Shown piece after piece: positions 44,671-55,182 of a DNA stretch of 64,000 nucleotides (position 1 is the stretch's first letter; every line of letters begins with the position of its first letter). The translations under genes and the position numbers were made by a program. Source of the DNA: Acidimicrobiia bacterium (GTDB lineage: Bacteria; Actinomycetota; Acidimicrobiia; Acidimicrobiales; Aldehydirespiratoraceae); NCBI GenBank assembly GCA_022819505.1, contig JAJEHD010000017.1, positions 1,516-65,515 of the forward strand, given 5' to 3'. Below the pieces are notes generated by a model. The model was not told where the DNA came from and did not search any database. It saw only the letters and a list, made by a program, of their open reading frames with translations.

Positions 44671-46353
44671 ATGCCCGGTAAGGAGACCGTTTCAAGCGCC
44701 GACCTGACCGGCGACGACGTGTACCGCCTTTTGACGTCGATCATCGTTCCGCGTCCCATCGCGTGGGTGTCGACCGTCTCTGCCGGCGGGGTGCGCAACC
44801 TGGCGCCGCACTCGTACTTCAACGGCGTCAGCAGCTCGCCGCCGCTCGTCATGTTCAGCGCCGAACTCAGCGGCGACACCGCTGCGAACATCCGCTCCAC
44901 CGGCGAGTTCGTGGTGAACACGGTGAGCGTCGCCCTGGCCGTGCCGATGGAGACGACCGCATCCCGGGTCGACACGTCGGTCGACGAGTTCGCGCTCGCC
45001 GGTCTGACCCCGGTGCCGGCGGTGGACGTCGAGCCACCGCTGATCGACGAGTCGCCGGCCTCGCTCGAGTGTGTCGTGCGCGACGCCCGGCCGTTCGGCG
45101 ACAGCCTGATGGTGGTCGGGGAGGTCGTGCGGATCCACTACGCGCCCGGGCTGATGGGCGACACCGGGAGGCTCGAGCCCGAACGCCTAGACCCGCTCTG
45201 CCGGCTCGGCAAGGCCTACGCCCCGATCGGGAGTGTCTTCCGCCAGGACCGCCCTACGCCCGGGGCGCTGGGTGTGCCCGGGCGCCCTGAACACGCCGCC
45301 CCCCGGGCGATCGGCCGGGCCCACCTCGTCGGCAGCGTTCCCCGCGACACTGCGGCCGAGGTGATGGAGCTCTGTGCCGGGCACCTGGGCGCTCATCTGG
45401 CCGCCATCCCCGACGGCGAGACCGGAGACCGCCTCGACTGGACGACGTTCCAGGCCGTCCACGTCTTCCACCCCAATCCCGGGCTCGAGACCGTCTCGCA
45501 GCCGGCGTCGTTCGCGGACGACCCAGACGGGTGGCGGCCGGGTGACCTCGAGGAGGACGCCTGGCTGTTCCGGGTGCGTGACGGCGTCGGGATGCCCCAC
45601 TTCGACCGGCTCGGCTACGTCGAGGCGGCCGTGGAGTCCTACGAGATCTTCCGTGAGCTGCGCTCAGCCGGCCGGATCACGGCGGGGGTCCGCTTCCAGG
45701 TCTCGCTGCCGGCGCCGCAGAGCGCGGTGTCTTGGTGGTTCCACGACCCCGGCGACGCCGACCGGGTTAACACGGCCTACACGCTGGCGATGGCCGAGGA
45801 GGTCCGGCGGCTGTGCCAGGCGATCCCGCACGACGACCTCACCATCCAATGGGACGCCTGCTGGGAGACCGTCGTCTTCAACGACCTGTTCGACTGGGCG
45901 CCCGCCGGCGATCCGATGGCCCGGATCGCGCTTCAGACGCCGGTCATCAGCATGGGGATCCCCGACGCCGTCATGGTCGGCTACCACTTCTGCTACGGGA
46001 GCATGCACGACGAGCACTTCATCGAACCGGCCGACCTCGCCCGGTGCGTGGCCCTCGCCAACTTCGTGGTCCACAACTCGGGGCGCCGCATCGACTTCGT
46101 CCACATGCCGGTCCCGATCGACCGTGACGACGACGCCTACTTCGCGCCGCTGCGCGGCCTTCGCATCGGCGGCTGCCACGTTTACCTCGGGCTGGTGCAC
46201 TATGAGGACGGCGGCGCCGGCGCCAAACGGCGGATGGCGGCCGCCCGCCGCCATCTCCCCCATTTCGGCATCGCCGCCGAGTGCGGCATGGGACGCATGC
46301 ACCCCGACCTGGTCGTCCCGCTGCTACAAGCCCACGCCGACGCGCTCGCCTGA
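44671..46353 (+). CDS. Fusion protein: flavin-reductase (split-barrel) domain plus MetE-like/UROD-fold C-terminal domain
   Basis: N-part: IVPRPIAWVSTVSAGGVRNLAPHSYFNGVSSSPPLVMFS. The C-part (about 45313-46353) has a HxC (GYHFCYG) and a distal ECG (AAECGMG), reminiscent of the MetE zinc ligands. Confidence 0.6.
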   Translation: MPGKETVSSADLTGDDVYRLLTSIIVPRPIAWVSTVSAGGVRNLAPHSYFNGVSSSPPLVMFSAELSGDTAANIRSTGEFVVNTVSVALAVPMETTASRVDTSVDEFALAGLTPVPAVDVEPPLIDESPASLECVVRDARPFGDSLMVVGEVVRIHYAPGLMGDTGRLEPERLDPLCRLGKAYAPIGSVFRQDRPTPGALGVPGRPEHAAPRAIGRAHLVGSVPRDTAAEVMELCAGHLGAHLAAIPDGETGDRLDWTTFQAVHVFHPNPGLETVSQPASFADDPDGWRPGDLEEDAWLFRVRDGVGMPHFDRLGYVEAAVESYEIFRELRSAGRITAGVRFQVSLPAPQSAVSWWFHDPGDADRVNTAYTLAMAEEVRRLCQAIPHDDLTIQWDACWETVVFNDLFDWAPAGDPMARIALQTPVISMGIPDAVMVGYHFCYGSMHDEHFIEPADLARCVALANFVVHNSGRRIDFVHMPVPIDRDDDAYFAPLRGLRIGGCHVYLGLVHYEDGGAGAKRRMAAARRHLPHFGIAAECGMGRMHPDLVVPLLQAHADALA

Positions 46354-46389
46354 GCAGTCACGAGCCAGCGAGAAGGCAGACGGCAGCGG

Positions 46390-47127
46390 CTATGTCGTCC
46401 CCAGGGGCCGACCTCCGTCGACCGCCACGATCGAACCGGTGGTGAACGGAAGGTCACCGACCACGGCGCTGACCGCGGCGGCCACGTCGTCGGCGGTGGC
46501 GAGGCGGCCCAGCGGAGTGGCATCGCGCTGGGTGTCGAGCACCTCGGGCGGCATGCGTTCGGCGTACTTGCCGAGCACCCATCCGGGCGAGACCGACACC
46601 ACGCGGATCGACGGCGCCAGCGCGCGGCCCAGCGAGCGTGTCATCGAGTCGAGGGCTGCCTTGGACGCGCAGTAGGCCACGTTCGAGCCCTGCCCGGTGA
46701 TGCCGGACACCGAGGAGATGTTGACCACGACGCCGGCTTCGGCCGCGTCGAGGAGCGGGCGCAGGGCCCGGATCGTGGCGAACGGGCCACGCCAGTTCGT
46801 GGCGAAGATCTCGTCGACGAGTTCGTCGTCGAGGCCGTCGAGGTCGTCGTGGGGCACCGCCCGGGTGATCCCGGCGCAGTTGACCAGTACGTCCAGCGCA
46901 CCGGACCCGGCGCTCAGGGACGCCGCGAACTCCTCCAGCGATGCCGGCTCCAGGACCGAGATCCGGGCGGTCCGGTGGCCTGAGCCGGGCAGGTCCGCAA
47001 GCAACTCTTGGGCCCGCTCGGCGGCCGCGTGGTAACCGACGACCACAGCGAAGCCGTCGGTGGCCAGCCTGCGGGCGATCGCCGACCCGATCCCGCCGGT
47101 GGCGCCGGTCACGACGGCTGTCCTCAC
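46390..47127 (-). CDS. Short-chain dehydrogenase/reductase (SDR)
   Basis: GTG start overlapping the upstream stop (GTGA). TGATGGIG cofactor motif. SxnYxxxK (NISSVSG...YCASKAAL). Confidence 0.8.
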   Translation of the reverse strand: MRTAVVTGATGGIGSAIARRLATDGFAVVVGYHAAAERAQELLADLPGSGHRTARISVLEPASLEEFAASLSAGSGALDVLVNCAGITRAVPHDDLDGLDDELVDEIFATNWRGPFATIRALRPLLDAAEAGVVVNISSVSGITGQGSNVAYCASKAALDSMTRSLGRALAPSIRVVSVSPGWVLGKYAERMPPEVLDTQRDATPLGRLATADDVAAAVSAVVGDLPFTTGSIVAVDGGRPLGTT

Positions 47128-48407
47128 GAGCCGGCCTTGCTGTAGCGGCGGACCCGGATGTCGGCCTGAGCCTGGTGGGCGGCGAAGTTCTCGATGGCGC
47201 ACAGGCGGCTGCAGTACTCACCGATCAGTACGCTCGAAGCGGGGTCGGTGACTCGCTGGTAGGTGACAGTCTTGATGAACTTGCCCACCCACAGGCCGCC
47301 CGTGTAGCGGGCTGCGCTCTGCGTGGGCAGCGTGTGGTTGGTGCCGATGACCTTGTCGCCGTAGGCGACGTTGGTCATCGGCCCGAGGAACAGGGCTCCG
47401 TAGTTGGTCAGGTTGGCGAGGAAGAAGTCGTCGTCACCGGTCATGACCTGGACGTGCTCGAAGGCCAGATCGTTGGCCAGCGCCAGCATCTCGGCGTTGT
47501 CATCGCACACGATCACCCGGCCGTAGTCGGCCCACGCCTTCGAGGCGATGTCGGCGGTGGCCAGGGTCTCGAGCTGGGACTCCACCTCGGTGAGGGTGTC
47601 GAGGCCCAGCTGACGCGACGTGGTGAGCAGGACCGCCGGCGACGTGGGACCGTGCTCGGCCTGACCGAGCAGATCGGTTGCACAGACCTCGCCGTCGACG
47701 GTGTCGTCGGCCAGCAGCAGCGTCTCGGTGGGACCCGCCATCAGGTCGATGCCGACCCGTCCGTACAGCTGACGCTTGGCCTCGGCGACGTACGCGTTGC
47801 CGGGCCCCACCAGCACGTCGACGGGCTCGACGAACTCCGTGCCGAGCGCTAGCGACGCGACCGCCTGCACCCCGCCCAGCAGGTAGATCTCGTCGGCGCC
47901 GGCGAGGTGCATGGCCGTGATCGTCTCGGCCGGGACGGCGCCATTGATGGGCGGAGTGCATGCGGCGACTCTCGGCACTCCGGCGACCTTCGCGGTCAGC
48001 ACGCTCATGTGGGCCGACGCCACCATCGGGTACCGGCCGCCGGGCACGTAGGCCCCGACCGCCGACACCGGGATGTTCCGGTGCCCCAGCGTGACGCCGG
48101 GGAGGGTCTCGACCTCGAGGTCGGTGAGCGTCTCGAGCTGGGCCTGGGCGAAGTTCCGTATCTGGGTCTGGGCGAACCGGATGTCGTCGATCGTCGACGG
48201 ATCCACCCCGGCGACGATCTCGGAGATCTGATCCTGCGTCAGCTCGAACTCGTCGGGTTCCCAACCGTCGAAGTCCGACGACATCTGCCGGACGGCGGCC
48301 TCGCCACGGGCCTCGATGTCGGCGATCAGCCCGCGAACCCGTTCCGTCAGCTCGGTGTCGGATCCGTGGGCGTGCTTGGCGGTCGCGTCCTTGAGGATCT
48401 CAGCCAT
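47124..48407 (-). CDS. Histidinol-dehydrogenase-family oxidoreductase (HisD-like, catabolic context)
   Basis: Start at MAEILKD (ATG 48407, SD GGAGAGG). Blocks [28 protein letters not shown]. Confidence 0.7.
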   Translation of the reverse strand: MAEILKDATAKHAHGSDTELTERVRGLIADIEARGEAAVRQMSSDFDGWEPDEFELTQDQISEIVAGVDPSTIDDIRFAQTQIRNFAQAQLETLTDLEVETLPGVTLGHRNIPVSAVGAYVPGGRYPMVASAHMSVLTAKVAGVPRVAACTPPINGAVPAETITAMHLAGADEIYLLGGVQAVASLALGTEFVEPVDVLVGPGNAYVAEAKRQLYGRVGIDLMAGPTETLLLADDTVDGEVCATDLLGQAEHGPTSPAVLLTTSRQLGLDTLTEVESQLETLATADIASKAWADYGRVIVCDDNAEMLALANDLAFEHVQVMTGDDDFFLANLTNYGALFLGPMTNVAYGDKVIGTNHTLPTQSAARYTGGLWVGKFIKTVTYQRVTDPASSVLIGEYCSRLCAIENFAAHQAQADIRVRRYSKAGS

Positions 48408-48594
48408 GGCCTCTCCGCATCGTCTCTTCCCTGGCGAGACGCACTGTATTGACTGCCTGCGGGCGGGCACACCATCGGCTCGTCACGAACGACATCGACC
48501 CGGTCCGACCCGAGCATTGAGTCCCGCCAAGTAACTCCGGCTACGGTGCTCGGGCCGACGCTCGGCCTCACGGGCAGGACGCGACGCCGGAGGA

Positions 48595-50202
48595 GTGCCA
48601 TTGGCTGACCGCAAGTCGTTCTGGGCCTGGTGCCTGGAGTCGGAGGAGCCCTCCGACGCGGACCGGGCCGCGCTGGCGGCCAAGCTGTCGAAACGCTACG
48701 GCGTCGAGGTCACCGCCAAGCCGGTGCCGTCGCTGGACGACGCCGAGTTGCGGGCACCCCGGATCGCGGTGCCGGACTCGGTGGCCCGATGGTGCTCCAC
48801 CACCGTCTACGACCGGGCCCGCTACGCCTACGGCGCCCACTTCACCGAGCGGGTGCGGGCCTTCAACCTCGACTTCGGCAACCCGCCGGATGTGGTGGCC
48901 CATCCCCGCAGCGACGCCGAGGTGGAGGCCACCCTCGACTGGTGCGACGCCAACGGCTACGTGGCCGTCCCCTACGGGGGAGGATCGTCGGTGGTGTGGG
49001 GCGTGACCCCTCACGACGACCTAGGCCCGACGGTGGTGATATCCCTCGACCGGCTCGACCGGGTGCTGGAGATCGACGACGTGTCACGGGCGGCCCGCAT
49101 ACAGGCGGGAGTGTTCGGGCCACACCTCGAAGACCAGTTGCGGCCCAGCGGCCACACCCTGCGGCACTTCCCGCAGTCGTTCCGGTTCTCCACCCTCGGC
49201 GGCTGGATCGCCACCCGCTCCGGAGGCCACTACGCCACCAACCACACCCACATCGACGACTTCGTGGAGTCGGTGCGGATGATCACCCCAGCCGGCTGGT
49301 TCCAGTCCCGCCGGCTGCCGGGCTCGGGCGCCGGCCCCAGCCCCGACCGGATGATGATCGGCTCGGAGGGCATATACGGGATCATCACCGAGGCCTGGAT
49401 GCGGATCCAGCGCCGGCCGGTTTTCCGGGCCACAGCGGGCGTGACATTCGACTCGTGGCAGGAGGGCTGCGAGGCCGTCCGCCGCGTCGTGCAGGCCAAG
49501 CTGTGGCCGGCCAACCTGCGCATCCTCGATCCGGCCGAGGCCCGACGGGCCGCCGGACTCGACGGCGAGCAGGCTCTGGTGATCGTGTCGTTCGAGTCGG
49601 CCGAGCTGACGCAGCGCCACAACATCGCGGCCGCGGTCGAGATCGCCCGCGACAGCGGCGGGGTTGTGGACGACAACGACATCCGCGTCAACGACGGCAC
49701 CGGCGCTCCGACGGGACGGGGCGGAGCGGTGGGCGCCTGGCGCAACGCCTTCATCGGTGTCGGCAACGGTGTGGAGACCTCGCTGGGCCTGGTCAACGAC
49801 ACGTTCGAGACGGCCATCACCTGGGACCGCTGGCCCGACTTCGACGCCGAGATCCGCAGCCGGGTGGGTGCTGCGCTCACCGACACGTTCGGACCGCACC
49901 ATTCGCTGTCGTGCCGGTTCACCCACGTCTACACCGACGGCCCCGCCCCCTACTACACCTGGTCGGGCATGGGCGTTCAAGGCAGCGAGATCGCACAGTG
50001 GCAGGCGGTCAAGGACGAGGCCAACCGGGCGGTGGTGGACGCGGGCGGCACGGTCACCCATCACCACGCGGTGGGGCGGATGCACCGGCCCGACGGCTAC
50101 GACCGCCAGCGCCCGGAACTGTTCGCCGAGTCCGTGCGGGCCGTCAAGAAGCGTCTCGACCCCAACGGCATCCTCAATCCCGGAGTCCTCATCGACCCCT
50201 GA
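48595..50202 (+). CDS. FAD-linked oxidase (alkyl-DHAP-synthase / GlcD-like)
   Basis: 535 aa with PCMH-type FAD-binding blocks (VPYGGGSSVVWG, RIQAGV) and an oxidase C-domain (HHHAVG). Confidence 0.7.
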   Translation: MPLADRKSFWAWCLESEEPSDADRAALAAKLSKRYGVEVTAKPVPSLDDAELRAPRIAVPDSVARWCSTTVYDRARYAYGAHFTERVRAFNLDFGNPPDVVAHPRSDAEVEATLDWCDANGYVAVPYGGGSSVVWGVTPHDDLGPTVVISLDRLDRVLEIDDVSRAARIQAGVFGPHLEDQLRPSGHTLRHFPQSFRFSTLGGWIATRSGGHYATNHTHIDDFVESVRMITPAGWFQSRRLPGSGAGPSPDRMMIGSEGIYGIITEAWMRIQRRPVFRATAGVTFDSWQEGCEAVRRVVQAKLWPANLRILDPAEARRAAGLDGEQALVIVSFESAELTQRHNIAAAVEIARDSGGVVDDNDIRVNDGTGAPTGRGGAVGAWRNAFIGVGNGVETSLGLVNDTFETAITWDRWPDFDAEIRSRVGAALTDTFGPHHSLSCRFTHVYTDGPAPYYTWSGMGVQGSEIAQWQAVKDEANRAVVDAGGTVTHHHAVGRMHRPDGYDRQRPELFAESVRAVKKRLDPNGILNPGVLIDP

Positions 50203-50273
50203 GCCGCGTCGGCGCGACGAATCACCAGTGCAGCTCTCACGGCCCGGCCCGAACCCGTCCTTACACTGACGCC

Positions 50274-51515
50274 GTGACTGACGGGAACGTTCCGGGCCTG
50301 CTGGCCGGGGTGCGGGTGATCGAGTCCAGCCTGCTGGGGCCGGGCCACGCCGGCACCTTCCTGGCCGACCTGGGCGCCGACGTGATCAAGGTCGAGTCGC
50401 CGGCGGGCGACTACATCCGCCAGATGACCTGGCCCATCGTGGAGGGCGTGTCGCTGCTGCACCTGCACACCCACCGGGGCAAGCGCAGCGTCACCCTCGA
50501 CCTCAAGAACCCGGCCGGCCGCCAGCTGTATATCGACCTCGTCACCGGTGCCGACGTGGTGATCGAGGCCATGCGCCCGGGCACCCTGGCCCGCCTCGGC
50601 CTCGGCTTCGAGGTGCTGAGCGCGGCCAACCCCCGCATCGTGGTGGCCACCCTGTCGGGCTACGGCGCCACCGGCCCCTACAAGGACATGCCCAGCCACG
50701 GAATCGCCTACGACACCTGGTCGGGAATCGTGCAGCCGGTCGTCGACGACGAGGGCTTCACCCGCATCCCTCCCGACATGCCCAACGTCGGCATCAACGT
50801 GGGGCCGATGCTGGCCGCCATGGCGGTGCTGGCCGCGGTGATCAAGGCCCGCGACACCGGCCAGGGATGCCAGATCGAGGTGGCCCAGTCCGACGCGTCG
50901 GCCTACATGGACTGGTACCGCATCGAGTCCGAGCGGGCCTACCTGCGGCCGGAAGACGAGGTGACCGGCAACCCGTCCGACGACTACGTGCGCCGCCCCG
51001 CGGGGCTGGCCGGAATGTGGGAGGGCGTGCGCTACCAGGCCTACGCGGCCTCCGACGGCCACGTGCTGTTCATGGCCTCCGAGCAGGCCTTCTGGCGGAA
51101 CTTCTGCGAGGGGGTCGGCCGCATGGACCTGTTCGAGCGCTGGCCGGGGTCCACCTACGCCGACCATGCCCGGGGCAACACCGAGCTCCAGCGGGAGCTG
51201 ACCGCCATCTTCGCCACCAAGACCTGCAGCGAGTGGCTCGACTTCAGCAACGAGGCCAACACGCCGATCGCCCCGTTCAACACGCCGGCCAACATCGGCG
51301 ACGACCCCCAGTTCCAGGCCCGCATCGGCTTCCTGCCCACCGAGGATGTGGGCTGCGAACAGCTGCCCCTGCCGGTATTCGTCGACGGCGACAAGCCCCC
51401 CACCCCAACGAGGGCCCCCACAGTAGGCCAGCACACCGACGAAGTAATGGAAGAGGTCCTAGGCCTGGACGCGGAACGAGTCGCGAGCCTCAGAGCTAAC
51501 GGCGCCTTCGGCTAG
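50274..51515 (+). CDS. Family III CoA-transferase (CaiB/BaiF)
   Basis: GTG start. LAGVRVIESSLLGPGHAGTFLADLGADVIKVESP. It is embedded in a 961-aa artefactual ORF. Confidence 0.8.
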   Translation: MTDGNVPGLLAGVRVIESSLLGPGHAGTFLADLGADVIKVESPAGDYIRQMTWPIVEGVSLLHLHTHRGKRSVTLDLKNPAGRQLYIDLVTGADVVIEAMRPGTLARLGLGFEVLSAANPRIVVATLSGYGATGPYKDMPSHGIAYDTWSGIVQPVVDDEGFTRIPPDMPNVGINVGPMLAAMAVLAAVIKARDTGQGCQIEVAQSDASAYMDWYRIESERAYLRPEDEVTGNPSDDYVRRPAGLAGMWEGVRYQAYAASDGHVLFMASEQAFWRNFCEGVGRMDLFERWPGSTYADHARGNTELQRELTAIFATKTCSEWLDFSNEANTPIAPFNTPANIGDDPQFQARIGFLPTEDVGCEQLPLPVFVDGDKPPTPTRAPTVGQHTDEVMEEVLGLDAERVASLRANGAFG

Positions 51516-51556
51516 CTCGCGGCCCGTCCCGCCAGGCCGGGGGGTGGCGACGAGTC

Positions 51557-51596
51557 AGATGACCGACGAATAGGGCGAAGCCCGTGTCGGTCATCT
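51557..51596. terminator. Bidirectional-type hairpin between convergent genes
   Basis: 11-bp perfect stem AGATGACCGAC/GTCGGTCATCT with an 18-nt loop that itself contains GGGC-GAA-GCCC. Confidence 0.45.
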
Positions 51597-51634
51597 CGGC
51601 TCGGCGACAGGACCCGCCGGCCGGGACAGACCTG

Positions 51635-52618
51635 CTACCGGCGCGTGACGACTACCTCGCGCCCGGGAACCTCAGGCTCGTCGTCGACCATCTCGGCCGG
51701 GAACCCAGGGGCCAGCACCGACACCCCGGTGGCCTCCTCCAGACGCCGGACCACGTTCGGCGACCACTCCCGGGGCCCGTAGCGGGCGGCGGCGTCGTCG
51801 AAAATGTCGATCAGCACCGGCGACAGCTCCAGCGGCACCCCGGCCCGCTCGGCCACCGCCGCGAACAGCGACAGGTCCTTCTGCACCAGGTCCATGGTGA
51901 AGTTGATGTCGCGGCTGCCGTTGAGCATCACCTGGCTCTCGGTCTCATGCACGAACGAGTTTCCCGACGAGATGCGGATGGCCTCGTAGGCGGTGTTGAG
52001 GTCGATGCCGGCCAGCTTGGAGGTGACCAGCGCCTCGCACAGCGACACCAGGTTGGCGGTGGCCAGGTAGTTGGTGACCACCTTGAGGATCGACGCCGAC
52101 CCGACCCCGCCGGTGTGCAGGATGTTGCGGCCCATGGCGGTGAGCACGGGCAGGGCCCGCTCGAACGTCGCACGGTCGCAGCCCGCGAAGATGGAGATGT
52201 TGCCGGTGGCGGCCCGGTGGCAGCCGCCCGACACCGGGCAGTCCACCGCGGCTCCACCGGCGGCTCGTACGAGTCCGGCCAGGCGACGCACCTCGACCTC
52301 GTCGGTGGTGCTCATCTCGGCCCAGATGGGGGCCTCGGCACCGGCACGCTCGCCGCCCCTTGCCCCGAAGCCGGCAAGGATGCCGTCGCTGGCCTCCATC
52401 ACTGCGGCGCTGGCTGCCGGGCTGGGAAGGCACGTGATCACCATGTCGACGCCGGCCGCCATCTCCGCAGGACTTCCGGCCCAACCGGCGCCCGCGGCCT
52501 CCAGTTCGGCCGCGGCCGAGCGGTCGAGGTCCCGCACCTCCAGATCGAAGCCATTACGCAGCAAGCTGCCGGCCAGCTTCGACCCTACATTGCCCAATCC
52601 GATGAAGCCGACCCTCAT
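51635..52618 (-). CDS. NAD(P)-dependent 3-hydroxyisobutyrate/6-phosphogluconate-dehydrogenase-family oxidoreductase
   Basis: Start at MRVGFIGLGNVGSKLA (ATG 52618), which carries the Rossmann GxGxxG. Confidence 0.75.
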   Translation of the reverse strand: MRVGFIGLGNVGSKLAGSLLRNGFDLEVRDLDRSAAAELEAAGAGWAGSPAEMAAGVDMVITCLPSPAASAAVMEASDGILAGFGARGGERAGAEAPIWAEMSTTDEVEVRRLAGLVRAAGGAAVDCPVSGGCHRAATGNISIFAGCDRATFERALPVLTAMGRNILHTGGVGSASILKVVTNYLATANLVSLCEALVTSKLAGIDLNTAYEAIRISSGNSFVHETESQVMLNGSRDINFTMDLVQKDLSLFAAVAERAGVPLELSPVLIDIFDDAAARYGPREWSPNVVRRLEEATGVSVLAPGFPAEMVDDEPEVPGREVVVTRR

Positions 52619-53735
52619 AGGTGATCTCCTCCCCCCGAGTGCCTTACGGGCGCCGCTCGATCCGCTGCCGTTTGCAATCAGGGAGCGGCCCGGCGACGCT
52701 AGCGCCGTGGCCCGGGCGCCGAAGGGAATCGATCCGGAGCCGGTCACGGCGTGGCTGGCAGCCGAGGTGGGAGTGGCCCCGCCGCTCGACTTCGACCCCA
52801 TCGCGGGAGGGGCGTCCAACCTCACCTTCGTAGTGACCGACGCGGACGGGCGCCGGGTGGTGTTACGGCGCCCCCCGACGGGGCATGTTCTGGCCAGCGC
52901 TCACGACATGGGCCGCGAGCACCGGGTGATCTCGGCACTTGCGCCCACACCGGTGCCGGTGCCGCCCGCGCTGGGCCTGTGCACCGACCCGGCCGTCAAC
53001 AGCGCTGACTTCTACGTCATGGACCATGTCGAGGGCTCAGTCGTGTTCGACCGGGACGACGCCATGAGAGTGGACGAGACTGTCCGCCCTGCGATGGCCC
53101 GGTCGATCATCGACACCCTCGCCGACCTGCACTCGCTCGATCCTGACGCGGTAGGACTGGGCGACCTGGGCCGCCGAGAGGGCTACTGCTCCCGGCAGCT
53201 GCGACGCTGGCAGCGGCAGGTGGACGAGGGATCAGACCGCGACCTGCCCCTCGTGCGGGCGTTGCACGACCGGCTGATCGCGTCGATCCCCGAGCAGCAG
53301 GGGGTTGGGATCGTGCACGGCGACTACCGCCTCGACAACTGCATCATGTCCGCCGACGGCACGGTGGCCGCGGTGCTCGACTGGGAGCTGTGCACCCTCG
53401 GCGACGTGCTGATGGACGTGGCCGGGCTGGTGACCTGGTGGGGCGACTCGAAGGCGTCGGGTCGCCTGGGCGACATGCCGACCACCGTCGAGGGTTTCGG
53501 CAACCCCACAGACGTGTTGGAGCGCTACGGCCAGCGCTCCGAGCGGGACCTGTCGTCGCTCGATTGGTATGTGGCCCTGCAGTTCTGGCGGGTGGCCTGC
53601 ATCATCGAAGGAGTGAGGGTGCGCCACACCGCGGGCGCCATGGGCGACAAGCAGCACTACGACGACACCGGCGCCCGCCAGTTCATCGACTACTCACTGG
53701 CCCGCTGCGCCGAAGCCCTCGACGCAGCCTCCTGA
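52602..53735 (+). CDS. Phosphotransferase (APH/choline-kinase fold, acyl-CoA-dehydrogenase-associated type)
   Basis: GGASNLTFVV, and IVHGDYRLDNCIM (HGDxxxxN). The start is uncertain: ATG 52602 overlaps the divergent gene start by 17 nt. Confidence 0.7.
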   Translation: MKPTLIGDLLPPSALRAPLDPLPFAIRERPGDASAVARAPKGIDPEPVTAWLAAEVGVAPPLDFDPIAGGASNLTFVVTDADGRRVVLRRPPTGHVLASAHDMGREHRVISALAPTPVPVPPALGLCTDPAVNSADFYVMDHVEGSVVFDRDDAMRVDETVRPAMARSIIDTLADLHSLDPDAVGLGDLGRREGYCSRQLRRWQRQVDEGSDRDLPLVRALHDRLIASIPEQQGVGIVHGDYRLDNCIMSADGTVAAVLDWELCTLGDVLMDVAGLVTWWGDSKASGRLGDMPTTVEGFGNPTDVLERYGQRSERDLSSLDWYVALQFWRVACIIEGVRVRHTAGAMGDKQHYDDTGARQFIDYSLARCAEALDAAS

Positions 53736-53743
53736 CTCCGGAT

Positions 53744-54244
53744 CTAGCCCAGGGCGGAGATGGCCGCGTCGTAGTCGGGCTCGTCGGCGATCTCTCCAAC
53801 CAGCTGCGAGTGCAGCACGGTGCCGTCGGAGCCGATCACCACAACCGCCCGGGCGCACAGGCCGGCCAGCGGTCCCCCGCCGATGCCGACTCCGTAGTCG
53901 TCGAGGAACTCGGGGTTGCGGAAGGTAGAGCCGATGGAGACGTTCTCGATGCCCTCGGCGCCGCAGAATCGTCCCGCCGCGAAGGGAAGGTCGGCCGACA
54001 CGCACACCACAGTCGTATCCGCGAGGCCGGCGGCACGCTCGTTGAATGTGCGCACGCTCTGGGCACAGGTCGGAGTGTCGATCGACGGAAAGATGTTCAG
54101 CACCACCCGGCCGCCCGCCAGGCCCTCTGACGTCACCGCGCCGAGGTCGCCTCCGGTGAGGGTGAATGCCGGGGCCGCAGTGCCCACAGCCGGCAAGTCG
54201 CCACTGGTGTTGATGGGATTGCCCCGGAACGTGATCTCGGCCAT
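53744..54244 (-). CDS. tpx: Thiol peroxidase
   Basis: Start at MAEITFRGNP (ATG 54244), 166 aa. FPSIDTPTCAQS peroxidatic-Cys motif. Confidence 0.85.
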   Translation of the reverse strand: MAEITFRGNPINTSGDLPAVGTAAPAFTLTGGDLGAVTSEGLAGGRVVLNIFPSIDTPTCAQSVRTFNERAAGLADTTVVCVSADLPFAAGRFCGAEGIENVSIGSTFRNPEFLDDYGVGIGGGPLAGLCARAVVVIGSDGTVLHSQLVGEIADEPDYDAAISALG

Positions 54245-54331
54245 GTTGTACTCCTCGCAAGTCTGCTTGTGCCGCGTGGTGACGCTCCCCGAGGCCGCGA
54301 AGACCCGGCTGAGCGTCATGCCCACCGGAGG

Positions 54332-55096
54332 CTAGCGACCGAGCGACTCCAGATAGCGCCTGGCCGCCTCGCGTGACTCCGGGTCGCGGCGAGCCGCGGC
54401 CAGCGAGTCGGCGTCGTTCCAGGCTCCGCCGGTGGGCACCAGCGCCTCAGCGGCTGCGTCCACCGCCTGCAGGGTGGCCCGCAGCGTGTACGCCGACTTG
54501 GCGGCCAGCCGGTGAGCGAGCTCCTGCACGGTGCCGTCGAGCTCTGCGGCCGGCACCACCCGGTTGACGAAGCCCAGTGCCTGGGCCTCGGCCGCACCGA
54601 ACGGGCGGCAGGTCATCACCAGGTCGCGGGTCGCGGCCGGACCGATCTCCCGCACCAGCCTCGGGATGCCTCCCCACGCCAGCGGGATGCCCAGGTCCAC
54701 CTCCGGGATCACGAAGCGCACATCGTCGGCGGCAACCCGCAGGTCGCAGGCCGACGCCAGCACCACTCCCCCGCCGACGCAGTGCCCGTGGATGGCCGCC
54801 ACCGTCACCGCCTGCATGGCGGTGAGCGCCTCGGCCATCACCCGCCCGGCGTCCGTTCCGGCCCGGTCGAATCCTCCCCCGCCGGTGAAGGCGGCCAGAT
54901 CCGCTCCCGCGGTAAAGGCCCGGCCGTTGCCCTTCACGATCACCACCTTGACGTCTTCGTGGCCGTCGAACCACCGGGCCGCGTCGGTCAGCTCCTGCAG
55001 GCACGCCACCGACAGCGGGTTGAGCTTGGCAGGCACATCCAGCGCCAGCGTGCCCACCGGCCCATCGATGCCGACTGTGATCGTCTCGTAGTCCAT
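54332..55096 (-). CDS. Enoyl-CoA hydratase/isomerase (crotonase) family
   Basis: GNGRAFTAGADLAAF, plus the HGHCVGGG oxyanion-hole region. Confidence 0.8.
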   Translation of the reverse strand: MDYETITVGIDGPVGTLALDVPAKLNPLSVACLQELTDAARWFDGHEDVKVVIVKGNGRAFTAGADLAAFTGGGGFDRAGTDAGRVMAEALTAMQAVTVAAIHGHCVGGGVVLASACDLRVAADDVRFVIPEVDLGIPLAWGGIPRLVREIGPAATRDLVMTCRPFGAAEAQALGFVNRVVPAAELDGTVQELAHRLAAKSAYTLRATLQAVDAAAEALVPTGGAWNDADSLAAARRDPESREAARRYLESLGR

Positions 55097-55182
55097 CGGG
55101 TCTTCCTGTTCGGGTCCGGGTTCAGCGACAAGGATGCAGCTATTGCCCGCCCCGCGGCAAACACCTGATAGAAGTCATCGGT

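Noticed and set aside
48630-51515. 961-aa ORF covering the FAD oxidase and the CoA-transferase.
   Set aside because: The portion before 50274 is an alternate frame of the FAD-oxidase gene (Arg/Pro/Gly-rich). Only the part from GTG 50274 matches the CaiB/BaiF family.
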